This document shows positions 32,617-47,988 of a stretch of 64,000 bases of DNA, piece after piece. This stretch comes from Ophelia neglecta (lineage: Eukaryota). Under the pieces are notes generated by a model. It ran no database searches and was not told where the DNA came from. It saw only the letters and a list, made by a program, of their open reading frames with translations. Within the stretch, counting starts at the first letter, position 1. Each line of letters starts with the position of its first letter. The stretch is taken from the NCBI GenBank assembly GCA_965285935.1, contig OZ260662.1, positions 30,938,001 through 31,002,000 of the forward strand. Reading direction: 5' to 3'. The translations under genes and the position numbers were made by a program.

Positions 32617-34525
32617 CCTTTTAGCCATTACTGTCTCCCATTGTCCGCCCTCCCGTTCACTGGGCGCGATGATCAACTCTGTTGGCGGTTAATCCCTTCG
32701 AGGGCTGGTGGGCCATTCATTGTCAATGGGATTGTGTAGGTCTACATGACGGGCGTCTTGGTGACCATCATACAGTGGTCTTTGGACATGGTGGCTTTTG
32801 AATTTTGTCCCGTCCGTTATTGTCGCGGTCGACCGAAATACGCCATCTGTTAGTATGGTAGTAGCTGCTTGGGCTTTTCAACTGTTTGTTCATGTGCAGA
32901 ATATTGATATTTTTTTAATAGTTCCATTTGTATGTTGGTAGCTATCGCCGATCAATTTGAGTAATGTTTTGTTTTCATCCTCGAGGGTTTTATTTTCTGC
33001 TGCATCTTCCTTGACTGATTTTCAAATTTCATTCTCAAAGCTTCAAGTCTGTCATTTGTTTGTTATTATTCTGTAACGGTGGATCCGATAAATTCGATAA
33101 GGCGGATGGACAGGCCTAAAGCTGCTTTACCTGTTAGCCCTTTGATATCTTTGTTGCTCATTAGATTAGTTTGTTCATCTTTTCACTGAGTGAAGAATAA
33201 TCTTGGGAACTAATTTTTATTTCTGACACTTACATGAATAGTTCGACCACATATTCAACCAGTACATCTATTTTCCTGCTCTCTTTTGGAATTTTTATTT
33301 AATCTTTTGTATATTGAGGGCTTTACAGATTTTTTCGAATTGTTCAATGGCTTCCTTTGCCAGAGTGTTTCATGTATCCCGCATAACCTCTTCGTCAAAG
33401 TCTTGTTTTATTTCCGCGATTACACCCATTTAGAGGAATTCTCTAGTTTTTTGCTTTATTCTAGCTTCTATGCCGGGTATTTCCACGGAAAATATAGTTC
33501 GTCTGCTCCTTATGAGAGTCCCAGATATTTCGGGATATTTCTGTGATCATTTCGATGCCAGAATAGTACGGTAGATGCATTTTGTCGTCCGCTTTTGGGT
33601 GCTAGACTCCTCAGTTGTACTGCTTCTGGATCCTCGGCGGGCCTGGGCGCTTTCACACCTTTTTGGTTGACAGGTCCAGCCGCGGTTTTACAGCAATCAA
33701 CCTAGTTTAAATATCTTTTCAGTGTGCGATAAAGTGGTATTAGAATATTTTTTCCGGTAGAAACTTCAGATAAACCTATGTGCGATCATCCTTCAAGGAT
33801 GGCAAGAGGTCTCCGTGTTCCGTGTACCTTCTGTCGGGTTCCGTGTGGGTGGACCTGCTGCATCTCAGGGATTTAACAGTAGATTTTCTCACAGAGCCGC
33901 TGTGGATACACGTATCACCAAGTCAACGCGTAACTCTGAAAAGTGATGTGTATTGAACATTGAAGTCACTACATGTAATGAGTGAGAAATTGCCAGTGAC
34001 AGAACTTAGTTTGATCATCACCCAAAAGACTTCATGGCTGCTGAGTTTCACACCTTTTGATGAACACTGGTCAAAAATAAACACTTATTAGGGCACAGCA
34101 GGCAATGATGCAAAACACCGTTACAGGTGTGAGTAGTTTGATTTCACACCTTTGTGCCTGTAGTTTCTTAATGTAACCCATATGCTTTCACACCTTATCA
34201 GGCGCTGTGAGTGCCAAGAAACAAGAGTTGAGTGGCGTCCAATCACTGTAAGTGTTAAATACAATCCACTCAGCTTATGTCTGATTGCTGGTGAGACTAA
34301 CACATAAATCGGTATAATAGGCTTGGACTTCGAGAAATCCTTAGATCTGATTTTGAGCTAACACACATTACACCACACTACAACCAAATAGAGAGATACT
34401 GAGAGAGATACTGAGGGAGAGAGAGAGTAAGAGAGGACCTGCCTGCCTGACTTCATCAAAGAGCTGTATATCTTTACATTATGCATTTCCCTGTAGTACT
34501 TCTAAATCATCATCATCCATTCACT

Positions 34526-35648
34526 ATGGACAGAGTTGTAGTTGGTCAGGAGGCCCGCCAGAACAAGAGAACCCCAAAGGTGAATATTGTTATATTATCA
34601 GGCATACTTATTTCATTAATATTGATAAGATTACTTAGCATATACTAATTGGCATTTTTTTTATTCCAATATTTTCTCAATAAACAGAAACCGAATAATC
34701 CTTATTAATATACATTCTCATACAGAGTTATCAGTGAGTGGCGAGCTTTAATATTTGGCAATAACGTTACTCTCCTTAATATTTTTTTTTTAATTTTTGA
34801 TAATTTTTTTTCAATATTTTTTAAATTTATGATTATATGTTGTATTTCAAAATGTATACAAATATTCTCACACACCGTTTGTCTATTCTCAGGTTCTTTG
34901 GAGAAGGATTGGAACTTCTGTTTACCCTTGCCCTGCTGAGTGCCTGGAGACTTCCACTCATTTGGACCACAGCATAGAGTTGTCTTCTGACTTCTACGAC
35001 AGACACCCGGAGACCAGTCTGGAGATGAGCAGTGTTCACCGTGTTTGTCATAACAACACACGATGCTCGGATGACACCGGACTCTCGGACTATTCATCCC
35101 ACAGCAGGTTCAGTGGGAGTACCTGCAGCAAGTTACAGAGTCCCCAAACTTCCACCAGAACGGACCTCAGCCAGACCCCACCCAGTGCCTGTTGGTCGTC
35201 CATCCTGACATCTGGTGACAACTGGGAGTACTGCCTACCAGTGGTGCCCCAGAATAGCCCTGATGTCAGTCTAGAGTCCAGGATGACCCTGGTCCGCCCT
35301 GCTTGTCACACACGGTCATCTCTAGGCCCAAGGCCCCAGTGTGATGGACAAGAGTCAGAAGAACCCTCCCGGCTAACTGAGAGCTTCGACGCCATGGACC
35401 CCCTGGACTCCGAGGAGGATCCTGGCCTTTCCCTTCTCACTGCCTCATGGACCTCTTCTCACACCCGGCTGCACACCACCGCTGACTCCGATGCCACATT
35501 CTTCATGCATGCGCCTTTATCCCGGAAGGCAGTCACCAAGAAGGAAGCCCATAACAAGAGAAAAAAGATTCTTACCAAGCTGAAGAAGTTTAAGCAGCAT
35601 CTCAACAGTGTTGCTGCCGGCCAGATGCACACGTTAGCTGTCCTCTAG
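34526..35648 (+). CDS. Array gene copy 6 (exons 34526-34579, 34893-35648; 269 aa)
   Basis: Splice sites conserved, open frame. Confidence 0.8.
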
Positions 35649-38492
35649 GATGGAAAATAAGTGACATGAATACCTGCAAAACATGTCAGTGATATAGACT
35701 GTTAGAGCAAGCATGCCCCGTAAACACTCCATGCTAACAGTGTTAGGGAAAGAGACCTTTAAAGAATTCTTTTTATTGATTGCTTCATTAATGTTACCTT
35801 TGATATTTGAAATATTGGAGCGACGGAGGTGCCTGTTATGGTTATATTTATACATTTTATAAGCCACCTATGCCTTTTAAGTCTACAAGACCTTTAGGAG
35901 CTAACAAGTTAATTGATTGCTCCATTCATTAATAAGTGCGTTTCATTTATATCATAGTCATCCTGTTAGTCATTATGTAAATATGTAAATATGTTGAAAG
36001 TTGTAAATAAATCATACTGCTATTAAACATGCTGTTTTTCATTTAACGTAAATTTAAAATTGGTTACAAAGTAAGTTTACGTGCCGAGTTACAATTAACT
36101 GGGAGTGTATACTTCTTTATACGAGATTAAGTGGTTTAATACACGTACAATATCAAATCACACAATTTACCTAGTGGTCATTCTGCACAACTGATGCTCA
36201 AAAAATGAGGGCAACAAGGTGTGCATATTGGATGTAAAACGGGATTGGTATTGGCGCCAGGGAAGATCCAAGATGCGATCTCAAAAATTTAGATTTATCC
36301 CCAGGTTTTCAGGTTTGTATTCCCAAATTCCGCACATAGAAGGAAGTTCAGCCTTTAGACAGGTTTTACACCATAGACGACAGCATGTATAGGTTCACAG
36401 ATTTCTATTAGATAAGAAATCGATTGTCCGTCAGTTTATAATAGCCAGAAATAGTTTATTTCGATTTTTCCTTGTTTCTCGGTATATTTCTACAAAAAGT
36501 TGTCCTGCAGAAAATAGTTTACCTCGTTAGATTACATGTTTTTGTGGAAGTTTATTGTATTATTCTATTTTTTTTTGACCTTTTAGCCATTACTGACTCC
36601 CATTGTCCGCCCTCCCGTTCACTGGGCGCGATGATCAACTCTGTTGGCGGTTCATCCCTTCGAGGGCTGGTGGGCCATTCATTGTCAATGGGATTGTGTA
36701 GGTCTACATGACGGGCGTCTTGGTGACCATCATACAGTGGTCTTTGGACATGGTGGCTTTTGAATTTTGTCCCGTCCGTTATTGTCGCGGTTGTCCGAAA
36801 TACGCCATCTGTTAGTATGGTAGTAGCTGCTTGGGCTTTTCCACTGTTTGTTCATGTGCAGAATATTGATATTTTTTTAATAGTTCCATTTGTATGTTGG
36901 TAGCTATCGCCGATCAATTTGAGTAATCTTTTGTTTTCATCCTCGAGGGTTTTATTTTCTGCTGCATCTTCCTTGACTGATTTTCAAATTTCATTCTCAA
37001 AGCTTCAAGTCTGTCATTTGTTTGTTGTTATTCTGTAACGGTGGTTCCGATAAATTCGATAAGGCGGATGGACAGGTCTAAAGCTGCTTTACCTGTTAGC
37101 CCTTTGATATCTTTGTTGCTCATTAGATTAGTTTGTTCATCTTTTCACTGAGTGAAGAATAATCTTGGGAACTAATTTTTATTTCTGACACTTACATGAA
37201 TAGTTCGACCACATATTCAACCAGTACATCTATTTTCCTGCGCTCTTTTGGAATTTTTATTTAATCTTTTGTATATTGAGGGCTTTACAGATTTTTTCGA
37301 ATTGTTCAATGGCTTCCTTTGCCAGAGTGTTTCATGTATCCCGCATAACCTCTTCGTCAAAGTCTTGTTTTATTTCCGCGATTACACCCATTTAGAGGAA
37401 TTCTCTAGTTTTTTGCTTTATTCTAGCTTCTATGCCGGGTATTTCCACGGAAAATATAGTTCGTCTGCTCCTTTTGAGAGTCCCAGATATTTCGGGATAT
37501 TTCTGTGATCATTTCGATGCCAGAATAGTACGGTAGATGCATTTTGTCGTCCGCTTTTGGGTGCTAGACTCCTCAGTTGTACTGCTTCTGGATCCTCGGC
37601 GGGCCTGGGCGCTTTCACACCTTTTTGGTTGACAGGTCCAGCCGCGGTTTTACAGTAATCAACCTAGTTTAAATAACTTTTCAGTGTGCGATAAAGTGGT
37701 ATTAGAATATTTTTTTCCGGTAGAAACTTCAGATAAACCTATGTGCGATCATCCTTCAAGGATGGCAAGAGGTCTCCGTGTTCCGTGTACCTTCTGTCGG
37801 GTTCCGTGTGGGTGGACCTGCTGCATCTCAGGGATTTAACAGTAGATTTTCTCACAGAGCCGCTGTGGATACACGTATCACCAAGTCAACGCGTAACTCT
37901 GAAAAGTGATGTGTATTGAACATTGAAGTCACTACATGTAATGAGTGAGAAATTGCCAGTGACAGAACTTAGTTTGATCATCACCCAAAAGACTTCATGG
38001 CTGCTGAGTTTCACACCTTTTGATGAACACTGGTCAAAAATAAACACTTATTAGGGCACAGCAGGCAATGATGCAAAACACCGTTACAGGTGTGAGTAGT
38101 TTGATTTCACACCTTTGTGCCTGTAGTTTCTTAATGTAACCCATATGCTTTCACACCTTATCAGGCGCTGTGAGTGCCAAGAAACAAGAGTTGAGTGGCG
38201 TCCAATCACTGTAAGTGTTAAATACAATCCACTCAGCTTATGTCTGATTGCTGGTGAGACTAACACATATCTCGGTATAATAGGCTTGGACTTCGAGAAA
38301 TCCTTAGATCTGATTTTGAGCTAACACACACTACACCACACTACAACCAAATAGAGAGATACTGAGAGAGATACTGAGGGAGAGAGAGAGAGAGTAAGAG
38401 AGGACCTGCCTGCCTGACTTCATCAAAGAGCTGTATATCTTTACATTATGCATTTCCCTGTAGTACTTCTAAATCATCATCATCCATTCACT

Positions 38493-39588
38493 ATGGACAG
38501 AGTTGTAGTTGGTCAGGAGGCCCGCCTGAACAAGAGAACCCCAAAGGTGAATATTGTTATATTATCAGACATACTTATTTCATTAATATTGATAAGATTA
38601 CTTAGCATATACTAATTGGCATTTTTTTTATTCCAATATTTTCTCAATAAACAGAAACCGAATAATCCTTATTAATATACATTCTCATACAGAGTTATCA
38701 GTGAGTGGCGAGCTTTAATATTTGGCAATAACGTTACTCTCCTTAATATTTTTTTTTTAATTTTTGATAATTTTTTTTCAATATTTTTTAAATTTATGAT
38801 TATATGTTGTATTTCAAAATGTATACAAATATTCTCACACACCGTTTGTCTATTCTCAGGTTCTTTGGAGAAGGATTGGAACTTCTGTTTACCCTTGCCC
38901 TGCTGAGTGCCTGGAGACTTCCACTCATTTGGACCACAGCATAGAGTTGTCTTCCGACTTCTACGACAGACACCCGGAGACCAGTCTGGAGATGAGCAGT
39001 GTTCACCGTGTTTGTCATAACAACACACGATGCTCGGATGACACCGGACTCTCGGACTATTTATCCCACAGCAGGTTCAGTGGGAGTACCTGCAGCAAGT
39101 TACAGAGTCCCCAAACTTCCACTAGAACGGACCTCAGCCAGACCCCACCCAGTGTCTGTTGGTCGTCCACCCGGACATCTAGTGACTCCAGGGAGTACTG
39201 CCTACCCGAGGTGCCCCACAACAGCCCTGATGTCAGCCTAGAGTACAAACAGCGGTCATCTCTAGGCCCTAGGCCCCAGTGTGATGGACAAGAGTCAGAA
39301 GAACACTCCCGGCTAACTGATAGCTTCGACGCCATGGATCCCCTGGACTCCGAGGAGGATCCTGGCCTTTCCCTTCTCACTGCCTCATGGACCTATTCTC
39401 ACACCCGGCTGCACACCACCGCTGACTCCGATGCCACATTCTTCATGCATGCGCCTTTATCCCGGAAAACAGTCACCAAGAAGGAAGCCCATAACAAGAG
39501 AAAAAAGATTCTTACCAAGCTGAAGAAGTTTAAGCAGCATCTCAACAGTGTTGCTGCCGGCCAGATGCACACGTTAGCTGTCCTCTAG
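38493..39588 (+). CDS. Array gene copy 7 (exons 38493-38546, 38860-39588; 260 aa)
   Basis: Splice sites conserved, open frame. Confidence 0.8.
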
Positions 39589-42430
39589 GATGGAAAATAA
39601 GTGACATGAATATCTGCAAAACGTGTCAGTGATATAGACTGTTAGAGCAAGCATGCCCCGTAAACACTCCATGCTAACAGTGTTAGGAGAAGAGACCTTT
39701 AAAGAATTCTTTTTATTGATTGCTTCATTAATGTTACCTTTGATATTTGAAATATTGGAGCGACGGAGGTGCCTGTTATGGTTATATTTATACATTTTAT
39801 AAGCCACCTATGCCTTTTAAATCTACAAGACCTTTTAGGAGCTAACAAGTTAATTGATTGCTCCATTCATTAATAAGTGCGTTTCATTTATATCATAGTC
39901 ATCCTGTTAGTCATTATGTAAATATGTAAATATGTTGAAAGTTGTAAATAAATCATACTGCTATTAAACATGCTGTTTTTCATTTAACATCAATTTAAAA
40001 TTGGTTACAAGGTTAGTTTACGTGCCGAGTTACAATTAACTGGGAGTGTATACTTCTTTATACGAGATTAAGTGGTTTAATACACGTACAATATCAAATC
40101 ACACAATTTACCTAGTGGTCATTCTGCACAACTGATGCTCAAAAAATGAGGGCAACAAGGTGTGCATATTGGGTGTAAAACGGGATTTATATTGGCGCCA
40201 GGGAAGATCCAAGATGCGTTCTCAAAAATTTAGATTTATCCTCAGTTTTTCAGGTTTGTATTCCCAAATTCCGCACATAGAAGGAAGTTCAGCCTTTAGA
40301 CAGGTTTTACACCATGGACGACAGCATGTATAGGTTCACAGATTTCTATTAGATAAAAAATCGATTGTCCGTCGGTTTATAATAGCCAAAAATAGTTTAT
40401 TTCGATTTTTCCTTGTTTCTCGGAATATTTCTACAAAAAAGTTGTCCTGCAGAAAATAGTTTACCTCGTTAGATTACATGTTTTTGTGGAAGTTAATTGT
40501 ATTTTTCTATTTTCTTTTGACCTTTTAGCCATTACTGACTCCCATTGTCCGCCCTCCCGTTCACTGGGCACGATGATCAACTCTGTTGGCGGTTCATCTC
40601 TTCGTGGGCTGGTGGGCCATTCATTGTCAATGGGATTGTGTAGGTCTACATGACGGGCGTCTTGGTGACCATCATACAGTGGTCTTTGGACATGGTGGCT
40701 TTTGAATTTTGTCCCGTCCGTTATTGTCGCGGTCGACCGAAATACGCCATCTGTTAGTATGGTAGTAGCTGCTTGGGCTTTTCCAATATTTGTTCATGTG
40801 CAGAATGTTGATATTTTTTTAATAGTTCCATTTGTATGTTGGTAGCTATCGCCGATCAATTTGAGTAATGTTTTGTTTTCATCCTCTAGGGTTTTTATTT
40901 TCTGCTGCATCTTCTTTGACTCATTTTCAAAGTTCATTCTCAATGCTTCAAGTCTGTCATTTGTTTGTTGTTATTCTGTAACGGTGGTTCCGATAAATTC
41001 GATAAGGCGGATGGACAGGTCTAAAGCTACTTTACCTGTTAGCTCTTTAATATCTTTGTTGCTCATTAGATTAGTTTGTTCATCTTTTCACTGAGTGAAG
41101 ATTGATCTTGGGAACTAATTTTCATTTCTGACACATACATGAATAGTTCGACCACATATTCAACCAGTACATCTATTTTCCTGCGCTCTTTTGGAATTTT
41201 TATTTAATCTTTTGTATATTGAGGGCTTTACAGATTTTTTCGAATTGTTCAATGGCTTCCTTTGCCAGAGTGTTTCATGTATCCCGCATAACCTCTTTGT
41301 CAAAGTCTTGTTTTATTTCCGCGATAACACCCTTTTAGAGGAATTCTCTAGTTTTTAGCTTTATTTTACCTTCTATGCTGGGTCTTTCCACGGAGAATAC
41401 AGTTTGTCCGCTCTCTTGAGAGTCCAGGATATTTCGGGATATTTCTGTGATTATTTCGATGCCAGAATAGTACGGTAGATGCATTTTGTCGTCCGCTTTT
41501 GGGTGCTAGACTCCTCAGTTGTACTGCTTCTGGATGCTCGGCGGGCCTGGGCGCTTTCACACCTTTTTGGTTGACAGGTCTAGCCGCGGTTTTACAGTAA
41601 TCAACCCAGTTTAAATAACTTTTCAGTGTGCGATAAAATGGTATTAGAATTTTTTTTTCCGGTAGAAACTTCAGATAAACCTGTGTGCGATCATCCTTCA
41701 AGGATGCCAAGAGGTCTCCGTGTTCCGTGTACCTTCTGTCGGGTTCCGTGTGGGTGGACCTGCTGCATCTCAGGGATTTAACAGTAGATTTTCTCACAGA
41801 GCCGCTGTGGATACACGTATCACCAAGTCAACGCGTAACTCTGAAAAGTGATGGATATTGACCATTGAAGTTACTACATGCAATGAGTGAGAAATTGCCA
41901 GTGTCAGAACTTAGTTTGATCATCACCCAAAAGACTTCATGGCTGCTGAGTTTCACACCTTTTGATGAACACTGGTCAACAATTTTAACACCTATTACGG
42001 CTATGCAGGCAATGATGCAAAACACCGTTACTAGTGTGAGTAGTTTGATTTCACATCTTTGAGCCTGTAGTTATTTAATATGCCTATATGCTTTCACACC
42101 TTATGCGTTGTTAGAGCCAGGAAACAAGAGTTGAGTGGTGTCCAATAACTGTAAGTGCTAAATACAATCCACTCAACTTATGTCTGATGACTGGTGAGAC
42201 TAACACATACCTCGGTTTAATAGGCTAGGAGTTGGAGAAATCCTTAGATCTGATTTTGAGCTTACCCACACTACACCACACTACAACCAAAGAGAGAGAT
42301 ACTGAGAGAGATACTGAGGGAGAGAGAGAGAGTAAGAGAGGACCTGCCTGCCTGACTTCATCTAAGAGCTGTATATCTCTACATTTTGCATTTCCTTGTA
42401 GTTCTTCTAAATCATCATCATCCATTCACT

Positions 42431-43512
42431 ATGGACAGAGTTGTAGTTGGTCAGGAGGCACGCCAGAACAAGAGAACCCCAAAGGTGAATATTGTGGTAT
42501 TACCAGACATACTTATTACATAAATATTAATAAGATTACTTAGCATATACTAATTGGCATTTTTTTATTCCAATATTTTCTCAATTAACAGTAAACGAAT
42601 AAATCCTGTTAATATAACTTTTCATAAGGTGTTATCAGTGAGTGGTGAACTTCAATATTTGGCGATACTCTCCTTAATATTTTTTTTTGACTTTTTTTAT
42701 TATTTCAATATTTTTTAAATTATGATTATATGTTGCATTTTGAATTGTAAACACATTCTCACACACCTTTTGTCTATACTCAGGTTGTTTGGAGAAGGAT
42801 TGGAACTTCTGTTTACCCTTGCCCTGCTGAGTGCCTGGAGACGTCCACTCATTCGTATCACAGCATAGAGTTGTCTTCCGACTTCTACGACAGACACCCG
42901 GAGACCAGTCTGGAGATGAGCAGTGTTCACCGTGTTTGTCATAACAACACACGATGCCCGGATGACACCGGACTCTCGGACTCCTCATCCCACAGCAGCT
43001 TAAGGAGGACTACCTGCAGCAAGTTACAGAGTCCCCAAACTTCCACCAGAACGGACCTCAGCCAGACCCCACCCAGTGCCTGTTGGTCGTCCATCCTGAC
43101 ATCCGGTGACTCCTGGGAGCACTGCCTACCCGAGGTGCCCCACAACAGTCCTGATGTCAGACTAGAGTCCAGAGGACGGTCATCTCTAGGCCCTAGGCCC
43201 CAGTGTGATGGACAAGAGTCAGAAGAACACTTCCGGGCAAGTGAGAGCTTCGACGCCATGGACCCCGTGGACTCCGAGGAGGACCCTGGCCTTTCCCTTC
43301 TCACTGCCTCATGGACCTCTTCTCACACCCGGCTGCACACCACCGCTGACTCCGATGCCACCTTCTTCATGCATGCGCCTTTATCCCGGAAGGCAGTCAC
43401 CAAGAAGGAAGCCCATAACAAGAGGAAAAAGATTCTTTCCAAGCTAAAGAAGTTTAAGCAGCATCTCAACAGTGTTGCTGGGGGCCAGATGCACACGTTA
43501 GCTGTCCTCTAG
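42431..43512 (+). CDS. Array gene copy 8 (exons 42431-42484, 42784-43512; 260 aa)
   Basis: Splice sites conserved, open frame. Confidence 0.8.
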
Positions 43513-44025
43513 GATGGAAAATAAGTGACATGAATACCTGCAAAAACATGCCTGTGACAGAGACTGCTACAGCAAACATGCCCTTTAAACATTCCATGCA
43601 AACAGTGTTAGGGAAAGAGACCTTTTAAGAATCTAGCATATTTTTTTTATCGATTGTTTTTTTTAATGTTACCTTTGATATTTTAAATATTGGAGCCACG
43701 GAGGTGCCTATTATGGTTATTTTTATGCATCTGATAAGCCACCAATGCCTTTTAAGTCTACAAGACCTATTAGGAGCCTAACAAGTCAATGGATTGCTTC
43801 GTTTATTAATAAGTACTTTCCATTAATATCATAATCATCCTGTTAGTCATTATGTAAATATGTAAATACGTGTAAAGGTGTAAATAAATCATACTGTTAT
43901 TAAACATTCTGTTTTTCATTTAATGTCAATTAAAAATTGGTTACAAAGTAAGTTTCAGTGCCGCGAGTTTCAATTTACCGAGAAGATATATTTCCTAATA
44001 CGAGATTCAGTGGATTAATATACGA

Positions 44026-47000
44026 TATGTATGTCTTTATTTCCTCCTTGTCAGGAGCGTACTCCTAAGAGAAACATAATAATAAACCAGTGCTGATAAT
44101 TATAAAGAATATAAGTTACATCAGTAAGTCAAAATAATATTAACAATTGCAATATATAATAGATTCTTATAGGCATAGTAGTTATATCTTGCAAAATAAT
44201 TTACCTATTGTAGCAAAATACTTTACAATTTTCGCAATCTCGAAAGTGCCTGCCTAAATTTTTCCAAATAATAATATTCCATTTCATAAAACGTTAATGG
44301 GTTTCTTCTGTGAAGGAAGACACACTTGGTAAATATCCTAAGATGTGTAGCACGAATTGTTCATCATCAAGAGTACATAAATAAACCTCGGTGTTAACTG
44401 GGAGAGTACAAATGGCAATGTCCCAGAAAACTTCCCTCTCCCCGCAATATTGATCACACTGGCATAGTTTGTGAGTAAGAAGGTCATAAAACTTAGAGTT
44501 ACAAATATGGCATACTCCACTATCTCCACTTGGAATAGTATACAGTCTTGCAAAATCATAGGCTTGCCTGGCCATATCGGGTGCTGTCCGTAAATACTGC
44601 CAGACCTTGGAAGGAGACAGGATGTTTACTCCCTGTAAGTATGTCTCTTGGAGCTTTCTCAACCTAGACAGACTGTGGTCACACAATCCATCATGATTAC
44701 TCTTAGCGCATTCAACAGACGCAACTGCGTTTGCAATTAAATTTGACCATTCACGTTTGTTAGGACATGTTCCTTGCTCAAGGTATTCTGTTATATACTG
44801 ATAAAGGTCATACTTATGTAGCAAGTTTACACAATCTGGAACAAACCCGGACTGGACATGACCCGACGGCTGGAGCTTAAATGACCACAGACGTCTGAGA
44901 AATACCGCCTTGGCCACGCACTCAACAGTAACTCACACAGTCTGCCCATGAAACGTAGCTTTCGTGTGTCAATGTACGCCATGGTGGACCACCATCCCAA
45001 CATCCCCAAGGCCACGTCCGTCCTAGTCGCCTTGTGAAAACTCTGAATCATTTTAGCACAACACGGCTGGGCCGTTTCCAGCATACTTGCCCCTTCCTTT
45101 GTGAGCGAGTTCCATAGTTCACATCCATTGAGCGCGGAAGTTCTCACAGAAGATTTAAAGATTTTGGTCATAGTGACTGGCCATCAGACACCCTGGACTT
45201 TGCACAGGCACGACGAACCTGCTCTCTGAGATTAAATTTGTCGTTTAATAACACACAGACGTGGACCTCCTCTGAAACAACAGGAATCACCTCTTTATCC
45301 AAAGTAACACTGCCAGTGGCACTTCGGCGACACACTTTATTTCCAAAAACCATCACCCTAGATTTACTTGAGTTAAAAATTGTCCGCCACCTACTTGATA
45401 CTTCCAGGCGATGTCGATCATTTTTGGACTTGCCTCGGGCTACTTGCTAGGAGGACTATATCGTCCGCCTGAGTGGGACACCCAATATACATGTCCCCCA
45501 GTGAAAGCCCTGATCCGGAAGTCTCCAGTTCTCTCAATAATGATTCTATATAAGCTAAATATTTCCATGGGCCCTAAGCCGATCCTTGCATAACAGATTG
45601 TAACATCGGAAATGCTCTAGATTTCGCTCCGTCCACAATTACTCTGCATGTCCTTCCTGTGTATGAATTAAGCATCAGCTGCAACATTCTGCCTCTTATC
45701 CCCAACTCATGTAGACAAACAAATAGGCCCACATGCCAGACTGAGTCAAATGCTGTGGCTGAATCCAGCATACACATATATACTCTAGACCCTCCCTCTA
45801 CATGGTGACGTATGCCTTCTTGGATAATAAAGGAAACCATTAAACTGTCTCGTTTCACCTGGCAGGCATTTTGCAAAGAATGAGGGTAATCTGGTTTGTA
45901 CAGGCAGGCCCACTTCCTAAATCGTCCTAGTGTCAGTCTTTCCCACACATTGAAAATTACTGGCAAGAGGGTCACACCCCTGGGATTCTTTCTGCTATCT
46001 TCGTGTTTAGTTGTCCCTTTGAAAATCGTCACCACCAATCCTAGCTTTATTAATTTTTGGGCACATAACTAAGTTTTATATATCAAGTTGAATAGCTATG
46101 TACGTTTTAGCCTTAACAGGGCTCCTCCGTACTTAATGTGCTCATTTTGAATGCTGTCAATGCCGGAGACTTCCTTAGCTCGAGCAAACGCACAACCTCC
46201 GTCACCTCGGCCGGGTTAATGGGTGCACCCATAATCTGATCTTGTTCTGTATGGGTCATCTCCTTTAGCTCACGGAAAACCTTCTCCATACATGCCTGGT
46301 GCTTGGTGTTAAAATACGAGTTGTCTAAAGGTTGATACATACGCTCAAAATGAGCGTGCCAAGCATTTAAAATGGCTCCTGGTTCCCTTAGTATTGTGTT
46401 GCTTACTTTCAATTCCGTCATGGGTTGTGACTGTTTTTATTCCTCTTAACCATACAGAAAAGTTTTTTCTGGTCGGTTTCTGCAGCTACCTCGATATCTT
46501 TTTTCGATTTCACTTTGAAGACCTCTCTCACACTGGCGCCTCAGACACCTGAACTTGCGCTTTTCATTTTTGTAATTTAAGTACGAAGGGTGTGCATTAC
46601 CCCTTGGCTTTCCCTCTCTCTCCCACTTTTCTCTGGCCACCCTCATTTTATTGTGTAGCTCAGAAAGCCCACTCCCTCGCCATTAAGGCGTCTTTGCACT
46701 CTCAAATTTTGAGGTAGGCACTACTTTCAGACCCACGGCTTAGTATGTCAAGCAAAGGTTTATATTGAGTATCTAATTGGCAATTAGTGGTGATATCGTC
46801 ACAGTCAGCAAGATCGCAGAGTCACGTGTTGTTCGTAGGTTCTCGATAGTTCTAATTTGGAGAGCCTGTCCCATGCATACCATTCTCCAGCGAATGATGA
46901 TTGTTTAATTTGGAATGGCTTTGTATAAATGATTCCAGCACTGGATTATGGTCACTACAGTGAGGGCCGCCTCTGACAACACCTGGCATGACAACACAGT

Positions 47001-47280
47001 ATCTAATTTTGACTTTTTTAATAGAATGTGGTCAATCAGACTCCTAAACTCGCCACGTGTTCCCTGATCAAAATAATAGCCTGGTCCTAAACACTTGCCA
47101 ATAACCAACAAAGAGCAGAAATCTTTTCTGAGCGAGAACTGATTCAGGTGATAATCGCGAGCGTTGTTAGGTCTAATAGTACAGCGATCTCCGTCTAACT
47201 GAGCATTACAATCTCCCATTAAAATCAGTTCACCAATGCTCACACATTTTGCGGCTAGTGTTTCTAGCTCTTGAAGGATG
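44026..47280 (-). mobile_element. Second copy of the 5'-truncated LINE (without the MITE)
   Basis: Near-identical to 9457-13011, with the same truncation junction (GAAGGATG|TCACACCATTTACC) and shared disablements. Confidence 0.9.
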
Positions 47281-47988
47281 TCACACCATTTACCATAAGG
47301 CCACTCTGCACAACCTCGTTGAAAATGTGAGGTCATCAACGTCTGCATATTGGATATAAATCGGAACTTATATTGGCGCCATGGAAGATCCTAGATACGA
47401 TCTCACAAATATAGATTTATTCATTGAAATCACTACATTTAATTAGTGAGAAATTGCCAGTGACAGAACTTAGTTTGATCATCACTTCAAGACTTCATGG
47501 CTGCTGAGCTTCACACCTTTTGATGAACACTGGTCAAAAATAAACACTTATTAGGGCACAGCAGGCCATGATGCAAAACACCGTTACAGGTGTGAGTAGT
47601 TTGATTTCACACCTTTGTGCCTGTAGTTTCTTAATGTAACCCATATGCTTTCACACCTTATCAGGCGCTGTGAGTGCCAAGAAACAAGAGTTGAGTGGCG
47701 TCCAATCACTGTAAGTGTTAAATACAATCCACTCAACTTATGTCTGATTGCTGGTGAGACTAACACATATCTCGGTATAATAGGCTTGGACTTCGAGAAA
47801 TCCTTAGATCTGATTTTGAGCTAACCCACACTACACCACACTACAACCAAAGAGAGAGATACTGAGAGAGATACCGAGGGAGAGAGAGAGTAAGAGAGGA
47901 CCTGCCTGCCTGACTTCATCAAAGAGCTGTATATCTTTACATTTTGCATTTCCCTGTAGTACTTCTAAATAATCATCATCTATTCACT

